DNA of 64,000 bases from Monocercomonoides exilis PA203 (taxonomy: Eukaryota; Protista; Preaxostyla), in contig LSRY02000011.1 in assembly GCA_001643675.2 (NCBI GenBank), forward strand, positions 1,116,001 to 1,180,000. The letters are read 5' to 3'. Below the pieces are notes generated by a model. The model did not search any database. It was given only the letters and a program-made list of their open reading frames with translations, and was not told the origin of the DNA. This document shows positions 46,752 through 61,516 of the stretch, one piece after another (position 1 is the stretch's first letter; every line of letters begins with the position of its first letter). Position numbers and translations under genes: made by a program.

Positions 46752-48400
46752 AGAAGAAGAAGAAGAAGATGATGATGATGATGATGATGATGAAGTCGAT
46801 GAAGATTGGTTCGATGTTTGAATCTTTCCTCTCGGCGAAGGCTGATAAAACGCTCTGAACGGAGAAAAAGCAGGCGCATTCTGCGAAGAAGAGTCATTTC
46901 TCCCCGAATTCTGAATGGACGACGAAGTATTCGTTGAACGAGGATATGTGCTTGTATTTGACTTAGCTGCTCCTGTTGTTGTTGTTGCTGCTGCTGATGA
47001 TGATGAGGGAGCCACTGATGAAGCAGACGCGGCTGTTCCAGCAGATTTCCGTGTTGTCGTCGAAGTGGTTTTGACATCACGAACAGAAGCAGCTCGTCTG
47101 GCTGCCCCACTTCTCAAGGGAGAATACACAGAAAGCGACGTCTGCGCACGCCTTGCCTCGATCTTCCTTCGGTTTCTCTGTTCTTTCGGAGAAACAGCCA
47201 CCTTTTCGCCCAAACCGCCCTTGTTTGTGTTTGCTGGAAGTGAGCTTAATGACGTGTCTGCAGACAGCGGGTGCCTCTGATCGTCGTAAAATGCGTTTTT
47301 CTTCTTCTTCTGAGACCGACCCTGAGGCAGCGTCGACTGCGCGCGCCACGGCCTCCCAGAAGAGAAAAGCCCTTCTCTTCGTTCGCTCGGCCTCTTTTCT
47401 TTGCGACTTTCTGCATCGAGTGGTTGATCAGAAGGCAACTCCTTCTTTTCAGTTCTGTCTTTGATGGACTTTTGAGGCTGCATTCCGTCACGCCGTCTGT
47501 TCTGAGGCCTCGCAGCTGTTCTCTGCTGTACAGGTTTTGAAGGAGATGATCGCAGATCTGGAGCAGACGCAAGCGGCGGAAGGAACGTGGCTGAAGAGAG
47601 GTAATTCGTGTCTACTGAGTCAGGCGGTGTCTGCAGTGCACTCCGTGACGGTGGGGGAGATTGTGCGCCTATTCTTCTTCGAGGCATCCGCGGCGGAGGC
47701 GACTTGTGCCTTATTTGCACACGGCGCGGACGAAGCGAGGCAGACGGAGAGGCAGCTGTTGAACACGGCTGTGTTTGCAGTGCTTTGCGATCTTCTGAAA
47801 TGGAAGGCGTTTGACTTGGTGAAACTTGCTCAGAAGATGCTTCCATATCTGTTTCAATCACACCACCAAATGATGGATCGGATATTGAATTGTTTGGAGG
47901 TTGTGTATGTTCTGATTTTTCTGTTGTTTTATGTTTTGCTTCTTCTCTTTTGCGCAGTTCACGTGCAGACTCACACCAGTCATCTGCAAATGATTCATTC
48001 AATTCTTGTTCGATCCCATCTGCAGATCCGGTATCATTGATTTTTTCTTCATTTTTAACGGTGGAATTCTCAACTCGCATTTCTTTGTGCGATGAAGGTG
48101 ATGAATTCAAAACTGCGTTTCTGCCATGAGAAGGTGATCCTTTTTTTACAAATCTTCCTTCAGACACATGAATTGGTTGTGAATGAGATAGATATGGAGA
48201 TAGGTCAGGCTCCTTTGCCTTTTTGATAGAACGAATACGTGTCTGAGCAGGAGATGTGATAGCAGGAGGAGAAGGTGGCGTTGGAATTCTCTCAGAATTG
48301 ATGGTCAAATTCTTCTCGCTATCAACACTTCTCATATCAAATGGAGGTGTTTGCAAAGCACTTCTATCATTTTTTGATATCAAAGAACTTTCAATTTCCT
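43896..48400 (-). CDS. Large low-complexity protein (Ser/Pro/Arg-rich N-half, Glu/Lys/Arg coiled-coil/SAH C-half); start unresolved
   Basis: ORFs of 641 and 853 aa separated by an AT-rich intron-like segment near 46440-46530; long ER/K runs. Confidence 0.65.
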
Positions 48401-48815
48401 TTATGAAAAAAGAACAAACATAAATGCTTTTTTTAATTTGTTAATGAAAAAATCAAGTAATACCATATAAGGCAATAAATAACAAATTTAATCAAAAATA
48501 AAAATGTAGGAATGTCTTCTATCACGCGTATGTTATATAATAATCCCTTTCTGCCAGTGAAATAGGTCAAAATTTTAACGATGGATTCTTTGGAGCTATG
48601 AATTTCGAAATCAAGAATGAAATTTTCTTTCTAAAATAATAATTGCAATGATGAACGAAATATATAAAATTCAATTTTCAACAACAACAGCATAAAAATA
48701 ATTAATTAATTTAAAAAATTCTAAACTTTTCAAAAGATTCCATAATGGAAACAAAACGATCTAAAAATTAAAAATAAGCTAATAAAAGATTAAAAATACA
48801 AAAATTTTTGATCTA

Positions 48816-50672
48816 ATGATATTAGATCGAAAAGCAGGCTCATTAGATAGTTTAAATCTATTACTTGAAGCAACAGATCCATTTATTGCACCGGAAAGAG
48901 TCATTTTGTCTTTAAAACAGTTTATTGCACAAAATGAAAATCCAGCTTCGAGTCCAAATTATGAAAATGTTGAAAGAGATAATATGTCAAATATTTTGAA
49001 GTTGTTGTCACATGAAAAGTTTTGCAAAACCCAAGAGATTGCAATTCCTTCTCTTCATGTTTTGCTGATTTTGACTCGAAAGGCATGACCTAACAATTAG
49101 CATACCATATTTATCATGACTAATTCTATATTTATTATTCAGGAATCGAATCGCCTTTCTCTTGGAAAATCCGGAATGGAAATCATAACAAATCTTTTAC
49201 AACCGTCAGTCTACTCTACTTCCATTGTTTCTGAAGTTGCAAATGTTCTTCTAAACTCATGTTATGAAGAGCAAAATGTTAATTACTTTGTTCAACTTGG
49301 GGCTTCACAACGCTTGGTTGATTGTTTGTCTTCAGAGAACGAAACACTTCGAACAAATGCTGCAGGAACCGTACAAAGCGTATGCTTTCAGGACAATGGC
49401 AAAGAAGCTGTGCGTCTGTGTAAAGGGATACCTGCTTTGTGCCATCTCCTTTTAAACGTTATGGGGAATGAACCGCAATCTTCGTCTTCTCCAAGTTTTC
49501 CATCTCTTCCAACGACAAATCCTTCATCTTCAACTTTATCCCAAAAGGAAAAACTCTTAATCCGAGTCACTGGAGCATTTCACAACATCTCATCAGATCC
49601 TCTTTCGATCGATGAAATTGTTGATGGAGGTGTTGTACCCGCACTTGTGCAGCTCCTCTCTTCCAAGCTGCCTGGAGTGGCACATGCTTCAGCAGGGGCC
49701 ATTCAGAACATCAGCTGCGATGTCAGAGGCAAAAAAGCGGTTGAAGAGAGCGGAGGTTTGCAGCCTTTATTGGTTCTGCTGACGGGAGCGGATTCGCAAA
49801 CGTCTGCGTGTGCGCTTGGGGCATTGCTGAATCTGATGAGAGACAAGTTTCCTGAAAAGGGAATGGAAGAAAGAAAGAGGAGAAGAGAGGAAAAGAGAAA
49901 GAGAAGAGAAGAGAAGAAACTTAGAAAAGCCGAGGAGCATTCATCACGAATGGGGAAAGAAGTGTCAGATGTTAAAGAAGAGGAAGCGAAACAAAGCGAA
50001 GAGAAAAAAAGTGATAGAGAAATGAGTTTGAATGAAGAAAGAGATAAATTGAAGGAAGAGAAAGCAAAAAGAGCAAAAGAACGAGCAGAAGTGAGAGAGA
50101 GGCTTCGAAAGGCGAAGCAGGAACGAGACAGGCTCAAAGAGGAAGCGAAAAAACGGGGTGAGTTTTATCAGACGAAAGAGGAAGAGGAAGAAGAAAAGAG
50201 GAAAGATGCAGAAGATGAAGAAGCTTGCAGATCGGAAACAGACAGTGAAGAAGAAGAAGAAGAGAAAGAACAAATAGAAGGAAAAGAGGAAAAAGAGAAA
50301 AAAGACATTGAATCACCAATAACTTCCTCTTCTTCCAAAAGCAAACAAGATGAAAACTGTTCAGAGGAAGATGTTAAAGAGAAAAGAGAAGATGAAGAAG
50401 AAAAAGAAGAAGAAAGCGATGAATCATCAGAAGAATCAGAGCCGATGGAAGGATCAAGCCAGTTGGTCCATCCAGCTATGAAAAAACTGTTATCACTTTG
50501 TGTTACACTTTCAACAACTTATCATATTCTTTTCCCTTCTCAGCCATTGGATTTTGACTTTGATATTTCTTCTTCTTCTTCTTCTTCTTCTTCTTCTTCA
50601 AGTAATTCGCAAAATGACGAAGATAACAAAGAAAATTCCAATGAAGCTAAGGAAATAAATGATGGAGGCTGA
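48816..50672 (+). CDS. Armadillo-repeat protein with acidic/coiled-coil C-terminal region
   Basis: ARM motifs GASQRLVDCLSS..NAAGTVQSV, GIPALCHLL..VTGAFHNIS, GGVVPALVQLL..SAGAIQNIS, GGLQPLLVLL..ALGALLNL; in-frame 60-nt GC-AG intron 49083-49142. Confidence 0.85.
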
Positions 50673-51049
50673 ATGTTGAGAAAGAATAGTTTAGGAGGTT
50701 AATTTGCAACGCAAAGATTCATCTTGATTAAAGGCAAACACCAAAAAGAGATAAATTTCGGATTATTTAAGGCACTCAATCAGTGTTGTTGTTCTAACTT
50801 TCTAATTACTGCTTCTTTGGATTACAAATGTGTATTTCTATGGTGAATCATGAAATGCATTGATGATAATGAAAATTTGATTAAAATTGAATTTGTTATG
50901 GTATTCAAAAAGATGTTGGTTTGATTTTTTTGTTTTATAATATTTAAAAGAAAGTTTATTTTTATAAAAAAATAATTGTTGCATGCTCGCTAATATTTCA
51001 AATCTTTTGGTTTTATCCGTTTTAATGAATTGACTTTTTAAAAGGAGTT

Positions 51050-52648
51050 ATGAGCAAAAAAGAAAAAACTGTCACAAAAACAAAACAACCGTTATCCATT
51101 CCTCCATATCAAACAAACATTGAAATAGAGCCATTTGCGGTATATGGAATATACAGTCCAAGATATGCTCAGGCAGGCGCTTTTATTTCGGGAAGTTTAT
51201 CTTCATTTTCAAAAGACGGAATGCTTTATCCAGACATATTTGTATGCGGTGGATGCGGATCGGATGGGCAAGCTGTGGCTTGCAACGGCCATTTTCTCGA
51301 TTTAAGAGAACCAAGATGGATTGAAATAACGTCAGAATTACGAAATGAAATTGTTAACATAAATACTCAAACCAATACTGCTGTTCAATCTGCATTACCA
51401 ACGAGACCTAGCTCACGTGAAGATTCAGATGAGTTGAAGATCCCAGAATCGCCACCTGATCATCCGCTTCTTGGACGAGGTCTAATTCCTTGTGATCCTC
51501 CATCTCCTCGTTTTTATCACACAACTGCTGTTTCTGATGGTTATATCTGGGTGATAGGTGGTTGGAATGGAAAGACAGCAACTCCAGATATTTATTGCTT
51601 TGATCCCCAAGCAATGGAATGGTTCAACCTTCCGCAGGCAAACCCAAATCACAAGTCAATTGATACTCCTGATGTCAATCAACTTCTTCTCATGTCAGGT
51701 CTCGGCTCTTCGCCACTTGTTCCTCCTTCCACTCCGATGTCCGCGGCCACTCCATCGTCTTCCGAAGGGCTGACACCGGTTCTCTCTGTTTCGCCTTCTA
51801 TTATTTCACGAAATGGAGCAAAAACACCTCAGTCGCAGATGCGGCCATCTGGATCTGGTTCTGGTTCTTCTTCTGCTGCTGCTCAGTCTCTCACTTTATC
51901 ACCGCTCCAATTCCACAACACCGTTCAGATTGGACAGAACGGGGCGTATTTTGTAATTTATGGATCTTGGGGCGTGAAGGAAGATAAGCAGCTGCTTATT
52001 TTTAATTCATGTGTGCTTCAATCAGAATTTTTATATCATTTCTTTTCATGTTTTTAAATGTTTATTTATTTATTTATTTATTTGTTTGTTTCAAAATTCA
52101 TTTTTATTTCTGTTTATTTTTTCACTGTTTGCTTCTTCACACAGTTACTGGCGAATTTATCAAGCCCAAAGTCAAAGGCAAAATACCGCCATCTTCGTAC
52201 GGCCAGAGTGCGTGTGTGATTGGCAACGACATCTTCTTTTTCGGAGGGCTGAAGTGGAACCCAGAAGATGCGATGCTGGTGGAAGGGAGCATGTATGCAG
52301 AGAAAAACGACGACGATGATAAGGGAAAAGGGAAAAGCAAAGGGAAAGGAACGTCTGCAGACAAAGACAAGAAGAAAGGCAAGGCAGATTCCGATGCAGA
52401 AGCAGCGCCGAACGAAATGCAAGCTGCTTTCAGCAAGTCGGCAAACGAAAAATCGCGGTACCAGCTGTTCACTGCGCTTTCTGCGCTTTCTTCCTCTCCT
52501 CTTTCATTTCAGTCATCTTACCTCCGCTCTTCTTCTGGCATCGGAATGATGTACGCACTCCGCTTTGACCCTGAGGCCTTTGCTTCTGCTTCTTCTTCTC
52601 CTTCGGCTCCTGTCTTCACTTGGCGATCAGTAGATCCTCCTCTTGCTC

Positions 52649-52688
<40 letters not shown>

Positions 52689-53814
52689 AACCACCACATC
52701 CACTTCACCTCCTCAGCCCCTTCTGCCGAGCCCTCCTCCGCGGATGTTCCATTCATGTGTCGCTGTGTCTGGGCTGATGTACATCCTTGGCGGCGTCTGG
52801 AAGGACAATGTGTATCTCGACGACTGCTGGTGCTTCAACACACGCAACGGCCTCTGGCGAGAGCACAAGCTGGTTGGCACAGGATCTAAAAGAGGCAAAG
52901 GAAAAGGAGGAGATCTTGGAGATGTATCTGCGGGGCTTATTGCTTCGAAGCAGATTGCACCAACAACAGTCAGTGGCGGTGGCAGTGGAAGTAATGCTGC
53001 CAGCGGCGCAGCTTCGAGTGCGGCAGGTGGGGCGACTTCATCAGCAGCTGCTGGATTGTCTCGCTCTCCTTCGCCTTCGCTTAGACTGTCCTGCTCAGTG
53101 AGAGATTCTGTCACTTCAACATCGTCTTCATTGGCTGTTTCTGTGCAGTTTCAAGGCACTGCAACGGTGGGGACATCTTCTCCGTTGTTAGGTCAAATCT
53201 CCTCAGCCAACACGTTCTCGGGATATGCAAGCAAAACCAGTGGTTCACCCGCCATTTCGCGCTTGCAGAACCCCTTTGCCCAGCAGCCATCTCCGTTTCC
53301 TCTGTTCACTCCGCGTGCCTCGTTTCTTCTGCTTCCGCTGGTACCAGTCTCCAGCGAGCCCTTTCCGTCGCCTTCAGACACACTGCAAATCCCCTCTCAG
53401 CTTCCCACCGCAGTCGCTTCTGCTGTCTCCAGTGCGATTTCCACAGCCGCGTCGACGCCTCCTCAAACAGCCATTCCACCCTCCACTGCGCTTTCTTCCA
53501 CCTTCGCTTCGTATGCCGATGGGCTCCCGGCTCTTCCTCGCTCGGCTGAAGAGGCGCTCCGCTCGTCCACATCGTTGGGTGGCAAGGCAAGTCTGGCTGT
53601 TGTTGGGCTCGATGCAGATGATCCGTCTTCTGCTGTCCCTGTGCAGGCTCAGTCAGCTGCAGCGTCACAGCAAGTGCCCTCCAGTGTTAAGCGGAAGGCA
53701 GAGCTGATCAGGCTGTTTAGAAAGATTAGCACTGTTCCGTTTCTGATTGTGGGCGGAGAAGGAAGCATTGGAGTTATGAATGACTCGTATATTGTGCATT
53801 TGCCTGTTGAATGA
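51050..53814 (+). CDS. Kelch-repeat beta-propeller protein with Ser-rich insertions
   Basis: PSPRFYHTTAV..IWVIGGWNG..DIYCFD..W; PPSSYGQSACVIGNDIFFFGG; PPPRMFHSCVAVSGLMYILGG..DDCWCFN..W; phase-consistent intron 52011-52144. Confidence 0.85.
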
Positions 53815-54285
53815 TGATTCGATTTCTCAATTTGAAATAAAGACTAGTAATTGGTGGATTTGTGATTTCATTGTTTGCTTGTTTGTTTATCTCTCTTTTT
53901 TATCAATAATTATTTTATTATTTTTTCTGTTCCACTGATTGAGTAATACAAAATGTTTATTTTAATTATCCAAATCAATATAAAGATGTTCAACAAAACA
54001 GAAACATAAAACCGTTTTCAAAATTATTGAGCATAATTTTAAATAAAAAGAATATGTTGTTACATTGTCATCATTTATAATATGATATTTTCCGTTTTGC
54101 AGTTGATTTCACGAATTGATGAAAAGTGAATCAAATTGATCTCCAATTTTTTCAAAACGAAAGCGCAATCTCTTGCTGATAAAACGCAGTCACTAAAAAG
54201 CGCTCATTCTCCATCACAAATCACATTCGAAGATGTCTTCAAATAGATTTGGTTATTCTTTAATTAACAGTCAAAAGACAATTTC

Positions 54286-54990
54286 TCAAGTTTCATCTTT
54301 CTTTGCAGAAGTTGGAGAAGAAGGGTCTTTGCTTCCGTCAATTAGTGGCATCGACGATATTTGCGGTTCTGTGGCATTGCTGATTCCTGCTGTTAGTTCG
54401 ATTTCAGGACGTTCATTGCTATTAAAATATAAAATATTTGTTGAAAATATTACAAATTTGAATTAAAAAAAACACACAAAAATGAAATCATTTCGGCAAA
54501 ATCTTCAAGTGATATTTTTCCATCTTTATCCTTATCTGTTGACGCAATGATATTTTCCATTTCGAGCTGTGTTACCTCGGAGTGCATAGATTTCTCAAGA
54601 GAAGCTTTTAACAGTTTCATATCCACATATCCCGTGTTAAAAGGATCAAGAAACTAAAAATTTTTGAATGAATGAATTGGATAATTAATGTGTGCAAACT
54701 CTAAATGATTGTTCGATTGGATCATCACTGAGCAATCTATCATTATTCATCAAAAAATCTCTCAATTCCTCAAAAGTTATGCTTCCACTTTCTCCAATTA
54801 ATTCTCGAAAGTTGTGAATGTGAAAATCTTTTGTTTTTTGTGCGAATGTCTCGACTGATAACCTTTCTTCTCCATCAGCCAATAATTCGAATGCAAGTCG
54901 AAGTTCCTCATCTGTAACAGACATTCTGGAATGCTTTGCTAAAGTGCTTCCTAATGACTTTGTTACATTCATTTCTTCACTAGATTTCAT
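54286..54990 (-). CDS. EF-hand (calmodulin/centrin-like) protein, about 3 exons
   Basis: EELRLAFELL, GSITFEEL, then exon FLDPFNTGYVD..LEMENIIASTDKDKDGKISLEDFAEMI with a canonical EF loop; last exon inferred. Confidence 0.75.
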
Positions 54991-55095
54991 TTTTAAATCG
55001 AACTACGCAACGGTTTCAAGCAAAATAAGATCAATTAACTTTTTTGAATAAAACTTCCCATATTATTTTTCAATCTCATTTCTTTCAAAATTTCA

Positions 55096-58000
55096 ATGCT
55101 AACTGAGCAAAAACAGCACAAGGATAAGGAAAACCATAAATTTCAGGAATCAGTTACTGAATTAGACCTTTCAAAGCAAACAATAAGTGCGTTTTTCAAT
55201 ATTCTTCATGCTTTGTTATTTGAAATATAATCAATTTTTAGTCGTTATTGGATGGCTTCCCTCAACGTTAACATATCTTAATATCTCTAATAATGAGATT
55301 GACGACATTTTCCCAATTGGAGCACAATGCACAAGACTTACGTACCTGGATATTTCACATAATCACATTTCTGTTTGTTTCTTTTTAATTAAAATATCTT
55401 TGCACAATTTAACGATTTGTTTAACAAGAATTTAATACCCCTTTCACCATGCAAAGATTTAGAATGTTTATATGCTTCTTCAAATGACATTTCAAATTTA
55501 GGAGCTCTTTCTCCTCTTTCATCATTAAAAATTTTGGATATCTCAGTATGCATCGTTGACTGTAAATCTTTATAAATAAATCTTTTATTTTATTTTATTT
55601 TTTCAAAAGTTAAACTGTCTTGAAAGTGCAAATGATTTGGTTCCACTTGCTTTAACAACAAAGCTTCAGTCGCTTTTTGTACAAGGCAACCCTTTCTTTT
55701 CAATCGAAGACAAAGCGGAATTGAAACGAATTTTTATCAAAATAAAAACGTCAGTTCCTTCGTTGGTGTTTTTGAATGGTTTGAATTATTTGTTATATTT
55801 ACATTATTCAATTTTTTATTTCAATAAAAATTGAAAATAAATGAATAATTTTTTCTAAATAGGCGAACTGCTGAAAGAATGGTCAAAAAAATTGAGTTCC
55901 ATCAGGGCTCTACCCACTTCAAGAACAAAGAAAGATTCAAAGCCTGGGTACTATGCTCAAAATTATTCGCAAAATATGCAACGTTCAGACAATTCTGATC
56001 TTCAGTCATCTCGCTCGGAATTGTATGGTCAAATTCATCCAGTACAAACAACGGGGGCAACTCTTCCATCTGCTCCAGCATCATTTGGGACGTCATCAAA
56101 TTTTGAGACATCCACACCTGTTCCTCACTCTACTCCTGCTTCATCATCATTTCAATCTCAAACACATCCAGAATCTCAAGCCAATTCAACTGCAGCGCAC
56201 CCACTTCACACCCAACTTTCTCTTCTTTCAACTCCGTTTCAGCCTGTAACACCTCGAATGACAAGCAATTCGCTGCGGCTTCCCTCTCCTTCATTTACAT
56301 TCAGCGATTCCACAACACCACACAAGCCACTTCAAGCGCTCCCTTCTGAGCCCATTTCACAGCAGCAGTCTTTGCCTGAACCAGAACAGCAGCCAGATGA
56401 AGATGCTGTGCGAGTGATATCCCCACAACCGCCCACGCTTTCGCAGACAGACGCTGCTGCGTTATCATCGATAGCCACAATAATCGCCCTTCAGAAGGCG
56501 TCTTCTGCTGTCGCTGCTTCTGTTTGCGAGCAGCAAGCGAAAATCAGCGAATGGCTGGAGCAGAAGCAGAGGAAGATTGAGATGGCAAACGAGGCCCAAC
56601 GGAGCAGAGAGGCTGAGGCAGACAGCGACAGCGACATGTGGCTGACCAAAGAAGACGAGAATGCGACGGAGCTTTTGTCGCAAAATCGAGCCATTGCAAA
56701 CGAGCAATTGAGACAGCAACCAGAAATTTATGCAGCCAATGCTCAGACTTCTGCTGAAGCGGAGTTTGCATACAGAGAAGGGAAGGTTTCTGTTGCATCA
56801 CCGCTGGCATCGACAATAACAACAGCGACTTTTTCTGCTCCTGCTGTTAGGGAAAATAACATTCGGGAAGATGAGCAGAATCTTCAGAATAGAAATAGCA
56901 CATTTGAAGCGAGTGCGAAAAACAATTATTATGATCCAAAATTTGATAGAAAAGAAGCGTATCAAAACATAGAAGAGGAACAAATTGGACAGAAAGTGAT
57001 GAATGAAGAAGAATACGAAAAGAATAGAGCAAATAGAAGCGATGCACAGATGCGATTTGAAAATAACTCTACACTTTTTGATGCTCTGAATACTGTTAAC
57101 AATAATAATAAAAATTCAAAGGGGGAAAATGAAGGTAAAAGCAACGAAGCCAACAAAGAAGCGGGCGAAGAGGAAGAAGAGGAAGAGGGAGAAAGCGCAG
57201 ATTCAGATGACAGCGATGACGATCCAGAATGGAATGAACTGTTTTCTCAGATTAATGTGCTGATGGGAGCGAGTGTCGAACGTCTGCAGGATAATGAAAG
57301 CTCTGCCAAAAATAAGGAAAAGCTTCAAAGCAAAAAAAGAAGAAAATCGAAGTTGAAAAAGAGCAACCTCGATACAACTTCATCAGATTTTGGGAATGAG
57401 AAGGAAAATAACGAGGAAAAGAAACAGTTGAAAGAATACAAAAGCGAAATGCCATTTGAAGATATGAAAGATATGGATGCAACAAACAAATCATCCCGAA
57501 ATGATGCAAAGTTCGATGGCGATCCAATTGATTCTTGTATAAGCCAGATAAATGCTGAAAATGGTGCGCTTGCAACTGATGTATCCGATCCCAATTCATT
57601 TTCGATGTATTCTACATCTGGAAATCCATCATCGTCTTCTTCCTCTTCCTCTTCCTCAGCGTCTCCGTTAACAATGACCCCCAAACTCCACTACACAACT
57701 TCAAGCAACCTTCTGTCTGCAAACAGATATCTGCCTCCTCAGCGCATCGACGAAGCTGACAACGTTCTGGTTTCGGCCAGCGCAGAGCTTCAACGCTCAG
57801 CAAACTTGTTTTATCCTGTTGCTTCAGCATCTCTGTCTTCCTCCATTGAAGAAGACAACACACCGCCTGCTCCTGTTTCGTCTGTCCCTGCGGCGCAGCC
57901 GTCTTCTGCTCAGGAATCCTTCACAAATTCGACGTCTTATCAGCCACTGACTGCCACAGCACATGCGCAAGTTCCTCCTCTTCTTCTGACGTCTGCACTT

Positions 58001-61000
58001 ACACACACACCAATACATCCATCACGTGATCTTTCTTCTCCAGATTTCAATTCTTCATCTCCAACCACTTATAACGCATACATATCATCTCTATCTACCC
58101 CTCAATATCCATCATCCAATTCCACTTCGGCCAATCAAAGCCCCTTGTCAATAAAGCATAAATACACTTCTCTATCTGAGCCGCTTTCTGTTGTTCCTCC
58201 TCTTTCCTCGCCTTTGCCATCCGTTCTTTCAACAACACATCCATCATATGTATCGGCAAAGGACAAATCTCCAAAAAAACATGATCCAGATCTGGTTCAC
58301 AAGATCTTTGCAGAGACAGAGTCAAATGGAACACAAAGAACTGATGCTTCGAAGCAAGATTCAAAAAGGGAAGCAAAGGAAGCAGGAAGCAAAAAGAGCA
58401 ATTTTGAAGAAAAAAGCAAAAATGGCAATTCCATCCAAATTGATATGAATGCGGGATCACTTTCTGACAGAGAAATAGAAGAAAGAGCGCTTTTTGATGA
58501 AGTTGACGAGCTTTTGCTTCGAACGGAGCAGATGCCAGCGACAACTCGGACAGGCGCTGCATCAATGCAAACCGGAAGAACACACACATCGTTCTCAGCA
58601 ACAAACATCACTTCTTCTTTTTTCTCACCTTCTTCAAGACAAACCCCTAGCGATCCAACAAGCTATTCATATGCATTTAAAGCCCGCATTCAAAAGGCAA
58701 TGGAAAACAAAGAAAAGCAGCTTTCAGCTCAGAAGCCGCAGCCTTTGCCATCTGGTGCTGTGACTTTAGCTTCGCTGGCTGTGCAGTCTCTTTCAACATC
58801 GGGTGAGCCAATCGATGATACCATTGATGCATCAGCGATTGTGTCATCTTTGATCAAAAGCAGAACATCGTCAATGCAGCAGCCATTGTCTGATATGGCT
58901 CTTCTGCGAGATCCGCCTCTGTTTGTTCCATGTCCCACGGAGCCGCTGCAGTATGCTGTGTCTGTTGACTGCTCTCCGCCGCTGATCTTTGCGATGCCGC
59001 GGAAGCAGAGAGAGACGCTTATTTCGCGGATTACGTTTGAGCTGGATTCAATTGATGTCACGGCACAAGAGTGGCGAGCAGCTGAAGAGTCCAAAAATGA
59101 GCGGATTATTTCATCTGATTTTGTCGCCAATTCATTTGAAAAAGGAAGCACCTCGCCTCTTCTGCGAAGTCCGGCTTTACCACACGGAAATTCCCCGCCT
59201 GGCTTGCTGACTTCGAGAACGCCTCTGCCTGGCCCATCTGATGTGTCCTCATTGAACTCAACTTCATATTCGCTGGCCATGTCGCAGCGTTCTTTTGCAT
59301 CGTCTCTGTTCGCATCGCCCGAAATGCCTTCTATTGCTGCGCTCCGAACGTCCACCTCGTTTGCCCCGGCATTGGCAGCACTCACGCGACATGTGATTAC
59401 ATCTTCACGTTTTCTTGATCTGTTTTTGTTTTTTGTACCGCCAGATTTGCTTGATACGCTCAGCAGCGCAATTATAAACTGGAGATGGATCACTCGTGAA
59501 GCGCTTTTGTCGAAAGTTAAACTCGAAAAATTGCAACTAAATGCAAAACAGAAGATGAGAAAGGCGGCGATGCTGAAAGAACAACAGAAGAGGGAGATGA
59601 TTCGAAAGCGCAGAGAAGAAAGATTGAAGGAGAAGATGGAAGCGTTAGCAGCCAAACGAGCACAAGGACTTGAAACACCATCAAAGCAAACAAGCAGAAT
59701 GGCAACTCCTATTTCTTCGAAAACAGCACGAGAAGGAAAACTGACAAGGCCAACCTCTGCAAAGAATGATGCAAACTTGTATTCGAATCAAAATACTTCA
59801 AACTTAAATAATGAAGAGTCCACAATAACTTCAGCGCCAACACCTTTGAAGTCTACCTCATTAAAGCCAAATGCTGCTTCAGCCACCTCAAGGCCTTTGT
59901 CTGGTTTGAACTCAAGCAGTCGCATTGGCAGGATTGCGACTCGTTCAGCTTCGGCTGCAAGGGCACAGCCTTCTCCTCGTCAGCCTCAGCGGTATTCAGC
60001 ATCTTCTTCTGCTGCTTCAATTAGCAAGTCTTCTGTTGATGATTCGTCAAGTTCATCGACTGGACGTGGTGGTTCGGTTGTTGCCAAAAATAACTCAACT
60101 GTGCCGAGAATAGCACAGCAGCCTCAACAGACTACTCAACCTAAGCAATCATCTTCTGGAAAGGCAACACCTGTTAGAAGGCAATCTCCTCTTCCACGTG
60201 TTGCGCTGCTCGCACAAAATAATAATAATAACAAGTTCAAAAAAGAGGATCATGTTTCTTTGATTCTTACGGCCAAGCAGCCTTCAAGGCAGTTGATAGG
60301 AGGGAGAGCAGATAGAAGGCAGCCACAATTAGCAGCTGCAAACAAAGCTCAACAAAAGAAGAAAGAGATGGAATCGCCATCAGTGCATGAAGAGTCAGAG
60401 ACTGACAATCAGCCAATGGAGAAAATTGAAAGCAAACAAATGAAAGAGCAAGAATCGGATCCAACAGCCAACGCAAATGCAGAGACTCCATCAACACATG
60501 AGATGCCTTTAAAAGAGGAAGAAAACAAAGAAAGTGAAAACAAAGTCAATGCTTCTCAACATGTTGAAGAACAGTCTGCAACATTATCTCCTTCTTTATA
60601 TATATTTCAACAAGCCCAACCTGAGCCAAAGCCTTCACCTCTTCGTCCATTCCCAGCTTCTTCAAGCAATTCATCGAACACTTTTTCTGCTTCAGCCACA
60701 TTCTCGTCCAATGCATTTGGCACACACTATCCAAATTCCACTTCATCAGTGCCTTCTTCCACCCCTCTAACGATTGCACAGTCTCAGCAAATTGGCACAA
60801 GTCAGAGTCCTTTACGAAATCAAGCATTGTCTTCAACATCGTTTCTTTCTTCTGCGCAACCACCACTTGTGTCGCATCAATCATACTCAAATACCTCTTC
60901 TTTATCAAACTCTTCTCCGATCTCTTCAAAAATGCAATCGCCTCCACGCCCAACAATCCATTTTGATCCCACTTCTTTGGTCATTCCTCCATTCAAGCCA

Positions 61001-61387
61001 AAGAATGCGGCTAATCATTCCAGTTCTTCTGCACAAAAATCGAAAGAATCAAGTTCTATTTCGTCTAACAATACTTTACAACAGCTTGCTTCTTCAACAC
61101 CAAAAATATATGATCTTCATTCACCGAGATCTGAATCTGTCTTTAGTCATCCTTCAGACAATGACAAATCTGGAACTGCAATTGCGGATGATGATGCTAA
61201 GAAAGAAGTGGAAAATTCTCCTCGTCAAGGCGATTCATACCTGGGAAGCGATGTTTGCGACAGTGATTATGATGATCTACTTCTTACAGAAAGGGACGAA
61301 TCGACTATTGACAGCGCTGATGCTGAAGACAGCGTTTCTTTTGGGATTTCTGATGAAGAAGTCGATTTTGAGCATCATTTATACTGA
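55096..61387 (+). CDS. N-terminal leucine-rich-repeat protein with a ~1800-aa mostly disordered/coiled-coil tail
   Basis: Short exons VTELDLSKQ, LTYLNISNNEI, LTYLDISHNHI, LECLYASSNDIS, LKILDIS, LQSLFVQGNPF..VPSLVFLN (LRR cap), followed by the 55892-61387 ORF. Confidence 0.75.
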
Positions 61388-61516
61388 AGAAGAAATTCAA
61401 TTAATTATGATGAGAATACTTTTGATATGAATAATTTAAAATATATACGCTATCAATAACAATGAAATGTGATTAAATGAAATGACAAAATTTCGCAAAA
61501 GCAAGCGAATGGTTAA

